Source of the DNA: an uncultured Clostridia bacterium
GTDB taxonomy: Bacteria > Bacillota > Clostridia > Christensenellales > UBA1242
Assembly: GCA_944377485.1 (NCBI GenBank)
Contig: CALWFB010000008.1
Location: 456-64,455, forward strand
Direction: 5' to 3'
DNA length: 64,000 nucleotides
Shown: in pieces, positions 52,488 through 61,983 of the stretch
Layout: each line of letters opens with the position of its first letter
How positions within the stretch are numbered: the stretch's first letter is position 1
Translations under genes and position numbers: made by a program
The notes under the pieces: model-generated
Databases searched by the model: none
Seen by the model: only the letters and a program-made list of their open reading frames with translations
Told to the model about the DNA's origin: nothing

Positions 52488-53198
52488 ATGGTTTATGAAA
52501 CAATCGGACAGTTTATGTCTAAACTTATGTTTTTCCATGGATATGTCAACGAATATAATGGTTTTCCAAAACCATTGAGCAAAGAAGATGAAGAAAAATA
52601 TGTTAAACTTATGATTGAAGGTGACAAAAAAGCACGTGAAAAATTAATTAATCACAATATGCGTCTAGTTGCGCATGTCGCAAAAAAATTTAATGGAGCA
52701 ACTGAAGCGGATGATTTAATCTCTGTTGGTTCAATAGGTCTAATGAAGGCAATAGATTCTTACCGACCAGAAAAAGGTTCTTCCCTATCAACCTACGCCA
52801 GTAGATGTATTGAAAATGAGATACTCATGCTTTTAAGAGCAAATAAAAAACATAAAGTATGTATAAGCATAGATGAAACCATAGGTTATGATAAAGACGG
52901 AAGTGAATTGACTGTTAAAGATATAATTCCACAAAAAGAAGAATTAGACCCAGATACAATAGTAGAAAAACGTGTTTTACTAGAAGAAATAAAAGAAGTT
53001 ATGCGTTTTCGCCTGAGTGAAAGAGAATATAATGTAATATCTCTAAGATACGGATTAAATGATGGAATTGAACATACTCAACAAGAAGTCGCTAACTCTA
53101 TGAATATTAGTAGAAGCTACATATCAAGAATCGAAAGCAAGGCATTATCTATTTTAAAAGAAGAATTTCAAGAATACGGCGATATTTTTCACATGTAA
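52488..53198 (+). CDS. Sigma-70 family sigma factor of the sporulation SigK/SigE type, with a short N-terminal pro-like extension
   Basis: GYVNEYNGFPKPLSKEDEEKYVKLMIEGDKKAREKLINHNMRLVAHVAKKF is collinear with Bacillus pro-SigK ([49 protein letters not shown]). Also contains YASRCIENEILM and the region 4 segment ISRSYISRIE. Confidence 0.85.
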   Translation: MVYETIGQFMSKLMFFHGYVNEYNGFPKPLSKEDEEKYVKLMIEGDKKAREKLINHNMRLVAHVAKKFNGATEADDLISVGSIGLMKAIDSYRPEKGSSLSTYASRCIENEILMLLRANKKHKVCISIDETIGYDKDGSELTVKDIIPQKEELDPDTIVEKRVLLEEIKEVMRFRLSEREYNVISLRYGLNDGIEHTQQEVANSMNISRSYISRIESKALSILKEEFQEYGDIFHM

Positions 53199-53210
53199 TT
53201 TAATAAACAA

Positions 53211-53250
53211 AAAACCTAAGGTCATTAAATTTATTTCCTTAGGTTTATTT
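53211..53250 (+). terminator. Intrinsic terminator after the sigma factor gene
   Basis: Stem AACCTAAGG / CCTTAGGTT (53213-53221, 53237-53245), followed by a T-rich tail. Confidence 0.6.
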
Positions 53251-53368
53251 ATATTTATTATTATATCATAATTAACATATAAAGTAAAGTAAATTTATAT
53301 GATTTTTTTATTGTTTATAAAATTTTTAAAAATTTCTTTAATATATTACTATTTTTTTGATTTTGAAT

Positions 53369-53397
53369 AAAAAAATGGAGAATGATTAACATTCTCC
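53369..53397 (-). terminator. Intrinsic terminator after rnpB
   Basis: Stem GGAGAATG / CATTCTCC (53377-53384, 53390-53397), followed by a T7 run on the minus strand. Confidence 0.65.
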
Positions 53398-53422
53398 ACC
53401 ATCCAAAAGGATGAAAGCATTT

Positions 53423-53778
53423 AGGTGGCAGTTTGGTCTATAAGCCGAGTTCTGTATTTGACGGTCATCAATCTAATTTATAAATTGCTTTATAAATTTA
53501 GCGGTATTTTTAATATTCTGGCGAGCAACCATAACGAATATTTTAACCTTGCTTCGGGTGGGGTTTACATGGACCAAAGTTGTCGCCAACTTTGCGGTGA
53601 GCTCTTGCCTCGCCTTTTCATCCTTACTAACCACTCAGGGGTATAGCGGTTATTTTCTGTTGCACTTTCCTTCTAGTTGCCTAGACTTGCCGTTAGCAAG
53701 CACCCTGCTCTGTGAAGCTCGGACTTTCCTCAAATTGAGCATTATACCCAACTTGCGACCATCTGACCAAGCTGACAC
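53423..53778 (-). ncRNA. rnpB: RNase P RNA (bacterial, compact)
   Basis: On the minus strand: GAGGAAAGTCCGAGC (CR-I, 53721-53731 region) and ACAGAACTCGGCTTATAGACC (CR-V). P1 pairs GTGTCAGCTTGGTC with GACCAAACTGCCAC. The ends are approximate. This is a GC-rich island in AT-rich DNA. Confidence 0.88.
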
Positions 53779-53782
53779 TATC

Positions 53783-53810
53783 ATTATAACATCAAAAAAC
53801 AATTTGTCAA
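53783..53810 (-). promoter_or_regulatory. Sigma-A promoter for rnpB
   Basis: On the minus strand: TTGACA, 16 nt, TATAAT, about 5-7 nt before the P1 5' strand. Confidence 0.6.
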
Positions 53811-53971
53811 TACCCATTTTTAAATTTTTTTTAGAGTTTGACACTAATGTATATAAACCTTTCTATAATTATAAATTAATGTCTGATTGTTTAATTTTAT
53901 ATAAAATATATCAAAAAGTCTTTTTTTTCAGAGTAATTTTATCAAATCCAATATTAAAATATCATTATAAG

Positions 53972-54730
53972 TCAAATGTTAAAAAACTTTTTAGCGTTTT
54001 CATCAGTGATTTTTATAAGTTCATCTGCATCTATGCCCCGCAATTCTGCCACGAATTTTGCAGTATTAAATACATATTTTGGCTCATTTCGCTTGCCTCT
54101 ATTTGGTTCAGGTGTCAAATATGGCGCATCTGTCTCAAAAAACATGCTCTCTAATGGAATGTTTTTTGCCACATCTTTTGTTTTTATTGAATTTTTATAT
54201 GTGACATTACCTGTAAATGAAATTTTTACGCCTAATTTTATCAATTCTCTTGCAAACTCTAAACTGCCACTATAACAATGCATTACAACTCCAACTTCAA
54301 GAGGGGAATATTTTTTCAATATTTCTAAAACGTCTTGATATGCGTCTCTACAATGTATAATTATTGGCAAACGATATTTAATTGCTAAATTTATTTGACT
54401 GGTGAATACTTCTATCTGCTTTGCTCTATTCAATTTATTATGAAAATAATCTAATCCTATTTCACCTATTGCCACTAATTTATCTGATTTTGTGATTATT
54501 AAATCTTCCAATTCTGTCTCATCATAACTATTACAATCATCTGGATGCACTCCAATTGTGTAATATATATTGTCATTAATTTCAGCAATTTGTTTAGCCT
54601 TTATACTTGACGGATAATCCGCACTGACACAAATTATTGAATCTCCACCCGACACAAAAAAACTATTGATAACATTTTCCAAGTCATTATCAAATTGGCT
54701 ATCATTTAGATGGCAATGTGTATCAATCAT
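53972..54730 (-). CDS. TatD-family metal-dependent hydrolase/DNase
   Basis: Contains MIDTHCHLND, GEIGLDY, IIHCRDA and ETDAPYL. Confidence 0.9.
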   Translation of the reverse strand: MIDTHCHLNDSQFDNDLENVINSFFVSGGDSIICVSADYPSSIKAKQIAEINDNIYYTIGVHPDDCNSYDETELEDLIITKSDKLVAIGEIGLDYFHNKLNRAKQIEVFTSQINLAIKYRLPIIIHCRDAYQDVLEILKKYSPLEVGVVMHCYSGSLEFARELIKLGVKISFTGNVTYKNSIKTKDVAKNIPLESMFFETDAPYLTPEPNRGKRNEPKYVFNTAKFVAELRGIDADELIKITDENAKKFFNI

Positions 54731-54788
54731 AAAAACTCTTTAACTTAATTAAAATAACTTTTACCTGAATATAAAGCAGTAAAATATT

Positions 54789-55571
54789 TTAAGTATCATT
54801 ACCTACATCATCATTGTTAATTGTTGATTTTTCTTCTTTTTGATTCAATGAATCTGTATTATTACTATTATCTATATTTGATAATTCATTAGGATTATTA
54901 ATAACTTGCGTTTGTTCGTTTTGATTCTTTTTCTTATTTATAATACCTTTCAGCATCTTCAATAATTCTGTCTTATTTTCTTTACCTGTAAATAATTTTA
55001 CTATATTGTGTCTATGAGCATACATAACTAATATTAAAATCATACTGATAAAGATATAATTGACCCAGTTGGCGGGATTCGTCAAACATATTTCAACGAT
55101 AGACATAACTATGACAAATCCAATAGTAAAGATTGAAGCATATTTTATGAAAATCATACCGATAATCATTACTACGAATACAATCAATGCCACCCACCAA
55201 TTAGCTACTAAGAATACACCAATAGAGGTAGCAATACCTTTACCACCTTTAAACTTGAAGACAACTGGAAATACATGTCCTAACACGACAGAAAATCCTG
55301 CAACATATAGAGCAATTTCCGGATTACAATCAATATAACCAAAAGTCAAATATGCCACCAAACAAGGAATCAATCCTTTCAGCATATCTAAAACAAAAGT
55401 CATTATACCAGGCCAAAAACCAAATGTCCGCCATACATTCAAAGTGCCAGGATTCCCACTACCTGACTTTGTCACATCTCCGTGCTTTATTTTTGACACA
55501 ACCCTAGCACCACTTATATTACCGATAAAATAACTAACAATTCCTAAAATAATATAATACAAATATTGCAT
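54789..55571 (-). CDS. plsY: Glycerol-3-phosphate acyltransferase PlsY with an N-rich C-terminal tail
   Basis: Contains GSGNPGTLNVWR and FKGGKGIATS. Start set to the ATG at 55571 (MQYLYYIILG). The last about 60 aa are low-complexity, N/Q/D-rich. Confidence 0.9.
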   Translation of the reverse strand: MQYLYYIILGIVSYFIGNISGARVVSKIKHGDVTKSGSGNPGTLNVWRTFGFWPGIMTFVLDMLKGLIPCLVAYLTFGYIDCNPEIALYVAGFSVVLGHVFPVVFKFKGGKGIATSIGVFLVANWWVALIVFVVMIIGMIFIKYASIFTIGFVIVMSIVEICLTNPANWVNYIFISMILILVMYAHRHNIVKLFTGKENKTELLKMLKGIINKKKNQNEQTQVINNPNELSNIDNSNNTDSLNQKEEKSTINNDDVGNDT

Positions 55572-55916
55572 ATTCTCTCTCTTTAATTTTTTCCATAATA
55601 ACATCTAAACAAAAATAAATCAAATAATTTAATAAAAATATTGATTTCTAACAAAATTTTCTTTTATTTATAAAAGTTTTTGATTTTAATAATAAAAATA
55701 TATCATACTTTGTCCAATTTTTAATTTATATCAATCTATTGCTAGACCTATTGACTTTTAGAATAAAATCGGATAAATTAAAATTTAGATTTAATTAATC
55801 TCAATAAAGAATTACTTTGGTTTTGTTGTACAAGATATGAACGAAAGGTTTGAATTGTAATTCTTTTTTTATTGCATTATTTTGAGAAAGTTATTAAATT
55901 TATTTTTGTTTTAATA

Positions 55917-55944
55917 TTGACAATATCTATATATATGATAAAAT
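55917..55944 (+). promoter_or_regulatory. Sigma-A-type extended -10 promoter for the paralog pair
   Basis: TTGACA, 16 nt, TGATAAAAT. AAAGGA lies before the ATG at 55971. Confidence 0.55.
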
Positions 55945-55970
55945 ATCATCATAATACAAAAGGATAAATT

Positions 55971-56321
55971 ATGGATAAAAAATTAAATTATGATGAACCA
56001 ATTAAAAATTTTACGGATGAAGAAATATCAAAATTTATAAATGACAAGTTAAAATTGATTGTTGGACAAATTATGCATTTTGATGACAATATTCAAATTG
56101 TTTGTTATTCAAAATTAGACCAAATTAATGTGGTTTTAAAAGATTATACAGCTTTTGCTATGATTAATCGTTCACCATTGACAAAAGACGATATGTCTTT
56201 TATGAACGAAATCCCACAAAGATGGCAAGGTTTTATTTTCGCAAAACTCGGAAAACCTTATTTAAAAGCATTGCAAGATTATAATAATAACAAAGAGCAA
56301 AGTCTATCAATAAATAATTAA
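55971..56321 (+). CDS. Hypothetical protein (116 aa), paralog of the next gene
   Basis: The ORF has an SD-like AAAGGA. It shares with the neighbour the segments (E/D)(K/E)(I/L)xxF(I/V)N(D/E)KLK and a W-containing C-terminal helix. Confidence 0.55.
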   Translation: MDKKLNYDEPIKNFTDEEISKFINDKLKLIVGQIMHFDDNIQIVCYSKLDQINVVLKDYTAFAMINRSPLTKDDMSFMNEIPQRWQGFIFAKLGKPYLKALQDYNNNKEQSLSINN

Positions 56322-56333
56322 TTTGGAGATAAA

Positions 56334-56777
56334 ATGAAAAATTTAGAAGAATATAAACCAACAATGACTTTTAATATCAAAGATTTAAAAGATGACAAAC
56401 TACATGAATTTGTAAATGAAAAACTAAAATCTAACATTCAAAGTATATTGAGAGATGAAAATAAAAATTGCATCTTAATTACAATAAAAAATAAAAAACG
56501 TCAATCTTTTACTATAAAAATCGAAGGTTCAAAATATGATTATAGAATTTCTTACATTGAACCAAAATATGAATTTTTAAGTGAAGAAAATCGCATTCTT
56601 AGACGTCACTGGTTCATGTATTTAAATCAGTTGTATGGAGAAGATTATAACAAACACATTTTTAGATTTCTAGATATGATGCATAAAAGAGGACAAAGAA
56701 AACAATCTCTTTCAAAAACAAAAGATGAAGTAATTGACCATAATCTTGATAGTATTACTTCATCAAATTTAAATTAA
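56334..56777 (+). CDS. Hypothetical protein (147 aa), paralog of the previous gene, with a basic C-terminal tail
   Basis: GGAG lies 6 nt before the ATG, which is 12 nt after the previous stop. There is collinear similarity to 55971-56321. Confidence 0.55.
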   Translation: MKNLEEYKPTMTFNIKDLKDDKLHEFVNEKLKSNIQSILRDENKNCILITIKNKKRQSFTIKIEGSKYDYRISYIEPKYEFLSEENRILRRHWFMYLNQLYGEDYNKHIFRFLDMMHKRGQRKQSLSKTKDEVIDHNLDSITSSNLN

Positions 56778-56837
56778 TCGTCAAATTCAGATTTGTTTTA
56801 TTAAAAGTTAGTTTTTATAATTAATAAAAGCGATATA

Positions 56838-58154
56838 TTAATTATCGCTTTTATTTTTAAACTGGATTTTAACCGGAGTTCCTTTGAAATCAAATGCTCT
56901 TCTTAAACTATTTTCAAGATATCTTATATATGAATTCTCTACTAAACTAGCATCATTACAATAGATATTAAATGTAGGTGGGCATACTGCAACCTGCTTT
57001 CCAAAAATAATTTTCAAACGTTTTCCATTTTTGCTAGGAGGTTCTGTCACAGTAATTGCGTTGGTTAATACATTATTAAATAATGCCATAGGAATCTCTC
57101 TTTTTGCATTATTCAAAACCATATCTACCGTCTCCATTATTTTTCCAATCCTTTGCCCTGTCTCACATGACACAAAGAGAACAACATAATATTTCATAAA
57201 TGCTAAATCATCATTTAATTGCTTTTCGAACTCTTTTCTTGATTTTTCTGCGTTCTCAACCAAGTCCCATTTATTGATAACAATAACGCTTGGCTTACCT
57301 TGTTCATGTATGAGCCCTGCTATTTTGACATCTTGTTCTGTAATCCCTTGACTCGCATCAATCACCAATACAGCCACATCACATCTCTCTATTGCATTGA
57401 GACTTCTTATTACACTATATCTCTCTATACTGCCCTGCTCGATTTTTGATTTTCTTCTAAGTCCTGCGGTATCAATCAAACAATAGTCTTTATTATTCCA
57501 TTTAAAAGGAGAATCAATTGCATCTCTTGTTGTGCCAGCCACCGAGCTAACAACAACTCTATCTTCACCTAATAACTTATTAGTTATACTTGATTTCCCT
57601 GCATTAGGTTTACCAACTAATGCAATTTTAATATCATTATCTTCCTCAGTTGGATTAAGTTTTTTTAAATATTTAACAATTTCATCTAGCAAGTCGCCTA
57701 TGCCCTTACTTTGCTCGGCAGATATAGGAATAGGTTCTCCCAATCCCAATTCATAAAATTCATATGTCTTTTCTCTTTCGAAATTGTCTAATTTATTTAC
57801 CGCCACAATTTTTGGTGCTTTTGCTCTCCTTAAATGATTTGCCACCTCCATATCGCTTGCAGTTAAGCCCTCTTTGCCATCAACAAAGAAAACTATAACA
57901 TCAGCAAGGTCAATTGCAAGATTTGCTTGTTCAATAATTCGTTTATTAATTTCATCTTCTTTATTGAAATCTAATCCGCCTGTATCAACTATTTGAAAAG
58001 AATAACCACACCATTCTGCATTTGCAAAAATTCTATCCCTAGTCACCCCAGGAATGTCTTCAACTATACTAATTTTGCTTCCTGCAACTTTATTAAAAAA
58101 CGTTGATTTTCCAACATTTGGTTTCCCAACTATCGCCACTAATGGTTTTTTCAT
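56838..58154 (-). CDS. der: Ribosome-associated GTPase Der (EngA), double G-domain
   Basis: Contains GKPNVGKST and GKPNAGKSS P-loops, two DTAG/DTGG motifs, NKxD motifs and a KH-like C-terminus. Confidence 0.96.
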   Translation of the reverse strand: MKKPLVAIVGKPNVGKSTFFNKVAGSKISIVEDIPGVTRDRIFANAEWCGYSFQIVDTGGLDFNKEDEINKRIIEQANLAIDLADVIVFFVDGKEGLTASDMEVANHLRRAKAPKIVAVNKLDNFEREKTYEFYELGLGEPIPISAEQSKGIGDLLDEIVKYLKKLNPTEEDNDIKIALVGKPNAGKSSITNKLLGEDRVVVSSVAGTTRDAIDSPFKWNNKDYCLIDTAGLRRKSKIEQGSIERYSVIRSLNAIERCDVAVLVIDASQGITEQDVKIAGLIHEQGKPSVIVINKWDLVENAEKSRKEFEKQLNDDLAFMKYYVVLFVSCETGQRIGKIMETVDMVLNNAKREIPMALFNNVLTNAITVTEPPSKNGKRLKIIFGKQVAVCPPTFNIYCNDASLVENSYIRYLENSLRRAFDFKGTPVKIQFKNKSDN

Positions 58155-58179
58155 AACTCACCTACTAAATATTTTGTTC

Positions 58180-58208
58180 AGTATAACAAAAAACATATTA
58201 ATTTTCAA
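58180..58208 (-). promoter_or_regulatory. Sigma-A-type promoter for der
   Basis: On the minus strand: TTGAAA, 17 nt, TATACT, followed by a leader with AGGTGAG before the ATG. Confidence 0.55.
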
Positions 58209-58226
58209 GTATTTAAAAAAACTATA

Positions 58227-58255
58227 TTGACAAAATGTCACTTTTAACTTATATT
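58227..58255 (+). promoter_or_regulatory. Sigma-A-type promoter for the 58338 gene
   Basis: TTGACA, 17 nt, TATATT. TAAGGAGG lies at 58324-58331. Confidence 0.55.
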
Positions 58256-58337
58256 AAGTTTAATTATATATTATATTAGAAAATAAAAATAATTTATTAC
58301 CTTAAATTTTAGTAAGAATAATATAAGGAGGAAAATT

Positions 58338-58634
58338 ATGACTATCAAAAATGTAGCAGATGTAGAAATTTCATTGATTGACTTGCAAAACAAATTAAAC
58401 GATTTAGAAAAAATTTTATCTAAACATAATTATAATACAATTTATATTCAAAAAGTTTTTTCTCACTTAGAAAGTGAATTCAAAAGAATTAATAGCATAT
58501 GTGCAAAACATTTCAACTATCAGCATTTTGATGCGTGTAGAGAAATCTTCTTAAAACTTTTGAAGTTGTCAAAAAAATTGAATGTTGCCATTGAAAATGC
58601 TACTAATATAGAAGAAACTATAACCTCTATTTAG
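58338..58634 (+). CDS. Hypothetical helical protein (98 aa)
   Basis: Has a strong SD (TAAGGAGG), its own promoter and its own terminator. No recognisable family. Confidence 0.5.
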   Translation: MTIKNVADVEISLIDLQNKLNDLEKILSKHNYNTIYIQKVFSHLESEFKRINSICAKHFNYQHFDACREIFLKLLKLSKKLNVAIENATNIEETITSI

Positions 58635-58654
58635 CGCATACAGAATCTCATTAA

Positions 58655-58683
58655 AACAGACCGATAAAACGGTCATTTTTTTA
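58655..58683 (+). terminator. Intrinsic terminator
   Basis: Stem GACCG / CGGTC (58659-58663, 58670-58674), followed by a T7 run. Confidence 0.6.
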
Positions 58684-58723
58684 TATCTATTATTATATCT
58701 GTTATATCAATCATATAATATAA

Positions 58724-60787
58724 TTATTTTTTGCAATTTTTGGAACAAAACATGCATGCAATTTTTTTTGAACGTATTTTTTTTATTAAATAAATAACCA
58801 ACGACAAAATCAGCACTATTGCCATAACTACAATAATTGCATAGAAGAAACTATTAACAATAGAATTGTATATTATAAAACTTAATAAATAAGCAATCGT
58901 AAACTGACTAATTATTGCGAACCACATATAGAATGTTCCGATTTCTTTTTTTATAATAGCCAAATTAGATACACACGGGCAGTATAACAATGTAAAGACT
59001 AAAAATGAAATGGCACTTGCTAAGTTAAAATGTACAACACTGGTAGAAATTGAGAGGCTTGTTATCAACGCACCAATAGAAGAAACATTATTACTTATAG
59101 AAAAAGTGGACACCAATAGTTCTTTTGCCATAATACCAACTATCAAAGCTGAAACTATTCCCGCACTATTTAATCCAATTGGTGCAAATATGAATGAAAT
59201 TTTATCTGCAAGATAAAACAAAATACTATCCGTTATTGTGGAAGTATATGACAAATTAAACATTGTATGGGAAAGAATCCAAACAATCACACCAACACCT
59301 AAGACAATGAAGAAAATACGTTTCATCATATCAATTGCATTTTCTTTTCCAACATTCAATACATGCTTAATGTCAACAGAACGCAAAGGTGCAAATTCTA
59401 ATATAAATGAATTATTTTCGGTTCTGAGAATTGTTTTATTTAAAACATATCCAACAATTAAAGCAACTAACAGTCCTACCAAATATAATCCAGTCACAAC
59501 AAAGTAAGCTTTTGCACCAAAGAATGCAGAGGCAATTACAACATAAACAGGAAGACGCGCCATACAACTAATATAAGGATTTAAAAGCACAGTCTTAATT
59601 CTTAAATTTTTTTCATTCATGTTGCGAGTAGCAAGAGTTGAAACCGTATTGCAACCTAACCCCAAAAGCATGATGTAAATTGCCTTTCCATTCAATCCAA
59701 AAATTGATAAAAAATCATCAAATACATATGCCATTCTAGATATAAGACCACTATCTTCTAGCAACGTCAAAAATATAAACAACAGACACACTTGCGGTAA
59801 AAAACTAAGTACGGTCAAAACTGAACTAAATACTCCATTTGAAAAGAATTCAATTAACCATATATTGCTGCTGACAGAATACAAAAAATTCATAAACGGA
59901 TTTATTAATAGAAAATTAACTAGATACGAAAGCCCATCACCTATCAATGGACCAATCAAAAAGAAAATTAAATAAATACTGGCAAAAAAACATAACAAAA
60001 ATCCAACCGTCATTACAACTGGTTTCAATATTATTTTATCTGCACGATTAAGCCCATAGACAAAATTTTTTTGAATAGTCATCACGTCCTGTAAAACATC
60101 ATCAATAACTCTGTATCTATCGAATATCAAATCAGGATACAATGATTTTATAAAATCAATTTGTTCTTTATTTAAATCTTTAAAAACACCATTTAATGCT
60201 AAGATAATTGTTTTTTCGTCTATATTATATTTATTTTTTATAATTTTTATATATTTTGATAAATAATTGCATAAATTAATAGAATTTTTTTGAAAATCAA
60301 TAAAATTATTATGTTTTTCACTAATTTTTAAATCTAAATCATTAATTTTTATTTTTTTTACATTGATTATTTGGCATTTGATATTTAATTTATTTTCTAA
60401 TTTTTCTATATTTAAATTATTTTTATACTTTTTAAAATAATCATAATTATTAATATATATTTTAAAATCAATATTTAATTCTAAAAATTGTAAACATAAA
60501 TATAAATTTTTTCTAAGACTATTTGCATCAACAAGCATAATTTTTTCAGCATTATTTTTTAATATTATATCTCTTGCAATCTCTTCTTCAAATGAAAAAC
60601 TATTTAGAGAATATAATCCGGGTAAATCATAAAAATCAATTTCTTCATCGTTGTATTTTACAACTTTATGCTTCTCCTCAACAGTCACTCCATGCAAATT
60701 TCCAGTGTGTTCACTGGATTTTGTTAGACTATTATAAAGTGTTGACTTTCCAACATTTGGATTACCTATAATTAATATTTTACGCAT
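58724..60787 (-). CDS. feoB: Ferrous iron transporter FeoB
   Basis: 687 aa. Has an N-terminal G-domain (GNPNVGKST, DLPG), a polytopic membrane domain and a Cys-containing tail CMFCSKNC. Confidence 0.95.
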   Translation of the reverse strand: MRKILIIGNPNVGKSTLYNSLTKSSEHTGNLHGVTVEEKHKVVKYNDEEIDFYDLPGLYSLNSFSFEEEIARDIILKNNAEKIMLVDANSLRKNLYLCLQFLELNIDFKIYINNYDYFKKYKNNLNIEKLENKLNIKCQIINVKKIKINDLDLKISEKHNNFIDFQKNSINLCNYLSKYIKIIKNKYNIDEKTIILALNGVFKDLNKEQIDFIKSLYPDLIFDRYRVIDDVLQDVMTIQKNFVYGLNRADKIILKPVVMTVGFLLCFFASIYLIFFLIGPLIGDGLSYLVNFLLINPFMNFLYSVSSNIWLIEFFSNGVFSSVLTVLSFLPQVCLLFIFLTLLEDSGLISRMAYVFDDFLSIFGLNGKAIYIMLLGLGCNTVSTLATRNMNEKNLRIKTVLLNPYISCMARLPVYVVIASAFFGAKAYFVVTGLYLVGLLVALIVGYVLNKTILRTENNSFILEFAPLRSVDIKHVLNVGKENAIDMMKRIFFIVLGVGVIVWILSHTMFNLSYTSTITDSILFYLADKISFIFAPIGLNSAGIVSALIVGIMAKELLVSTFSISNNVSSIGALITSLSISTSVVHFNLASAISFLVFTLLYCPCVSNLAIIKKEIGTFYMWFAIISQFTIAYLLSFIIYNSIVNSFFYAIIVVMAIVLILSLVIYLIKKIRSKKIACMFCSKNCKK

Positions 60788-61007
60788 AATTGACCACTAT
60801 CTCTTTTGCCAAATTATCTTTCAATGTAAAGCAGGTTGCGTTGAAAACAACCAACATAGTTTTCTTCATAATACTTTTATTTTTTACAACAATTTTTGTA
60901 CCTATGTTCAGCCCTAATTCCATTAAACGGATTTTAATTTTTGTATCGGCTATGTTTATTTCTTTTATCACAGCCTGCGCATTTAATTTAACCTCGGACA
61001 AACTCAT
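60780..61007 (-). CDS. feoA: FeoA (SH3-like) protein
   Basis: 75 aa. Contains RLMELGLNIGTKIVV. It overlaps the feoB start. Confidence 0.85.
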   Translation of the reverse strand: MSLSEVKLNAQAVIKEINIADTKIKIRLMELGLNIGTKIVVKNKSIMKKTMLVVFNATCFTLKDNLAKEIVVNYA

Positions 61008-61054
61008 ATTTTATATTATTAAATTTGTCTTGATAAAATAACCTTTTCGAAATT

Positions 61055-61083
61055 AAAAAAGAAAAAAGACCAATTGTTGGTCT
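61055..61083 (-). terminator. Intrinsic terminator after the lipid kinase gene
   Basis: Stem AGACCAA / TTGGTCT (61067-61073, 61077-61083), followed by a T-run on the minus strand. Confidence 0.65.
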
Positions 61084-61086
61084 CTT

Positions 61087-61980
61087 CTATTTTGTGATTA
61101 AATCTATTGAAGAATTAACTTTTATAGTTTTTTTCAAAAATCCAATTTTTTCACCATCTAATGTGAAAGGTGTATTTGAATGATTTTCAATCTTAACTTT
61201 ATCTATGTCTTTAATAATAACATATTTATTATCACTTTTAAATGCTTTCAAACCACGTAAAAACAATTTTATAAATCTAAATAATGTCACTAAACCATTC
61301 GATTTTTTAATCAAAACTAATTTTACTTTTCCATTATCCAATTTTTCATTCATATTTACTTTAAATCCGCCAACTCGATATCCATTCATCAGCATGAAAT
61401 AAGTAAATTTCCCATGAATACGTTCATTATCACATTCTATTGTCATTGGCAATGCAGGGATTTTGAAAAATGATTTTATTCCAGCTAAAACGTATGCTAA
61501 TCTACCTAACTTTTTCTTTATATTTTTACCTGCTGAATACGAAGCATCTGTCAAATAACCTGTTGCTAATGCATAAGTAATATAATCTGTGCCGTCATAC
61601 ATTAAATCATATTTTGTTGTATTCAAACGCAAGATACAATCAATAGCTTTATTCAAATCATTTGGAATACCCAACGTGAATGCGACATCATTGCAAGTGC
61701 CATAAGGAAGAATACCAACCAAGGGACGAAAACCACTCTTCATCACTCCGTTAATTGTCTGATGTACAGTGCCATCTCCACCACAAGCTATTATAATATC
61801 ATATTTACCTGCATTTTTATTAGCCATATCTTCCACGCCCAATTCGTTTGGACTAGCCATTAAATCTACTTCCTTGTACCTAGTCAACAATCGTTTTCTA
61901 ATTGCTGGCAAAAATTCATCTATCCTTCCCCGCATAGCATTTGGATTATATAATATCAAGATAGTAGAATATTCTTTCAC
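61087..61980 (-). CDS. DagK/YegS-family lipid (diacylglycerol) kinase
   Basis: 297 aa. Contains LILYNPNA and ACGGDGTVHQ. Has a GTG start. Confidence 0.85.
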   Translation of the reverse strand: MKEYSTILILYNPNAMRGRIDEFLPAIRKRLLTRYKEVDLMASPNELGVEDMANKNAGKYDIIIACGGDGTVHQTINGVMKSGFRPLVGILPYGTCNDVAFTLGIPNDLNKAIDCILRLNTTKYDLMYDGTDYITYALATGYLTDASYSAGKNIKKKLGRLAYVLAGIKSFFKIPALPMTIECDNERIHGKFTYFMLMNGYRVGGFKVNMNEKLDNGKVKLVLIKKSNGLVTLFRFIKLFLRGLKAFKSDNKYVIIKDIDKVKIENHSNTPFTLDGEKIGFLKKTIKVNSSIDLITK

Positions 61981-61983
61981 AAG

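Noticed and set aside
53425-54154. ORFs 53425-53646 (+), 53549-54154 (+) and 53650-53844 (-).
   Set aside because: They overlap the RNase P RNA gene (conserved GAGGAAAGTCC and ACAGAACTCGGCTTA elements, P1 pairing) and, for the longest one, the antisense of tatD. The local GC richness reflects RNA structure, not coding.
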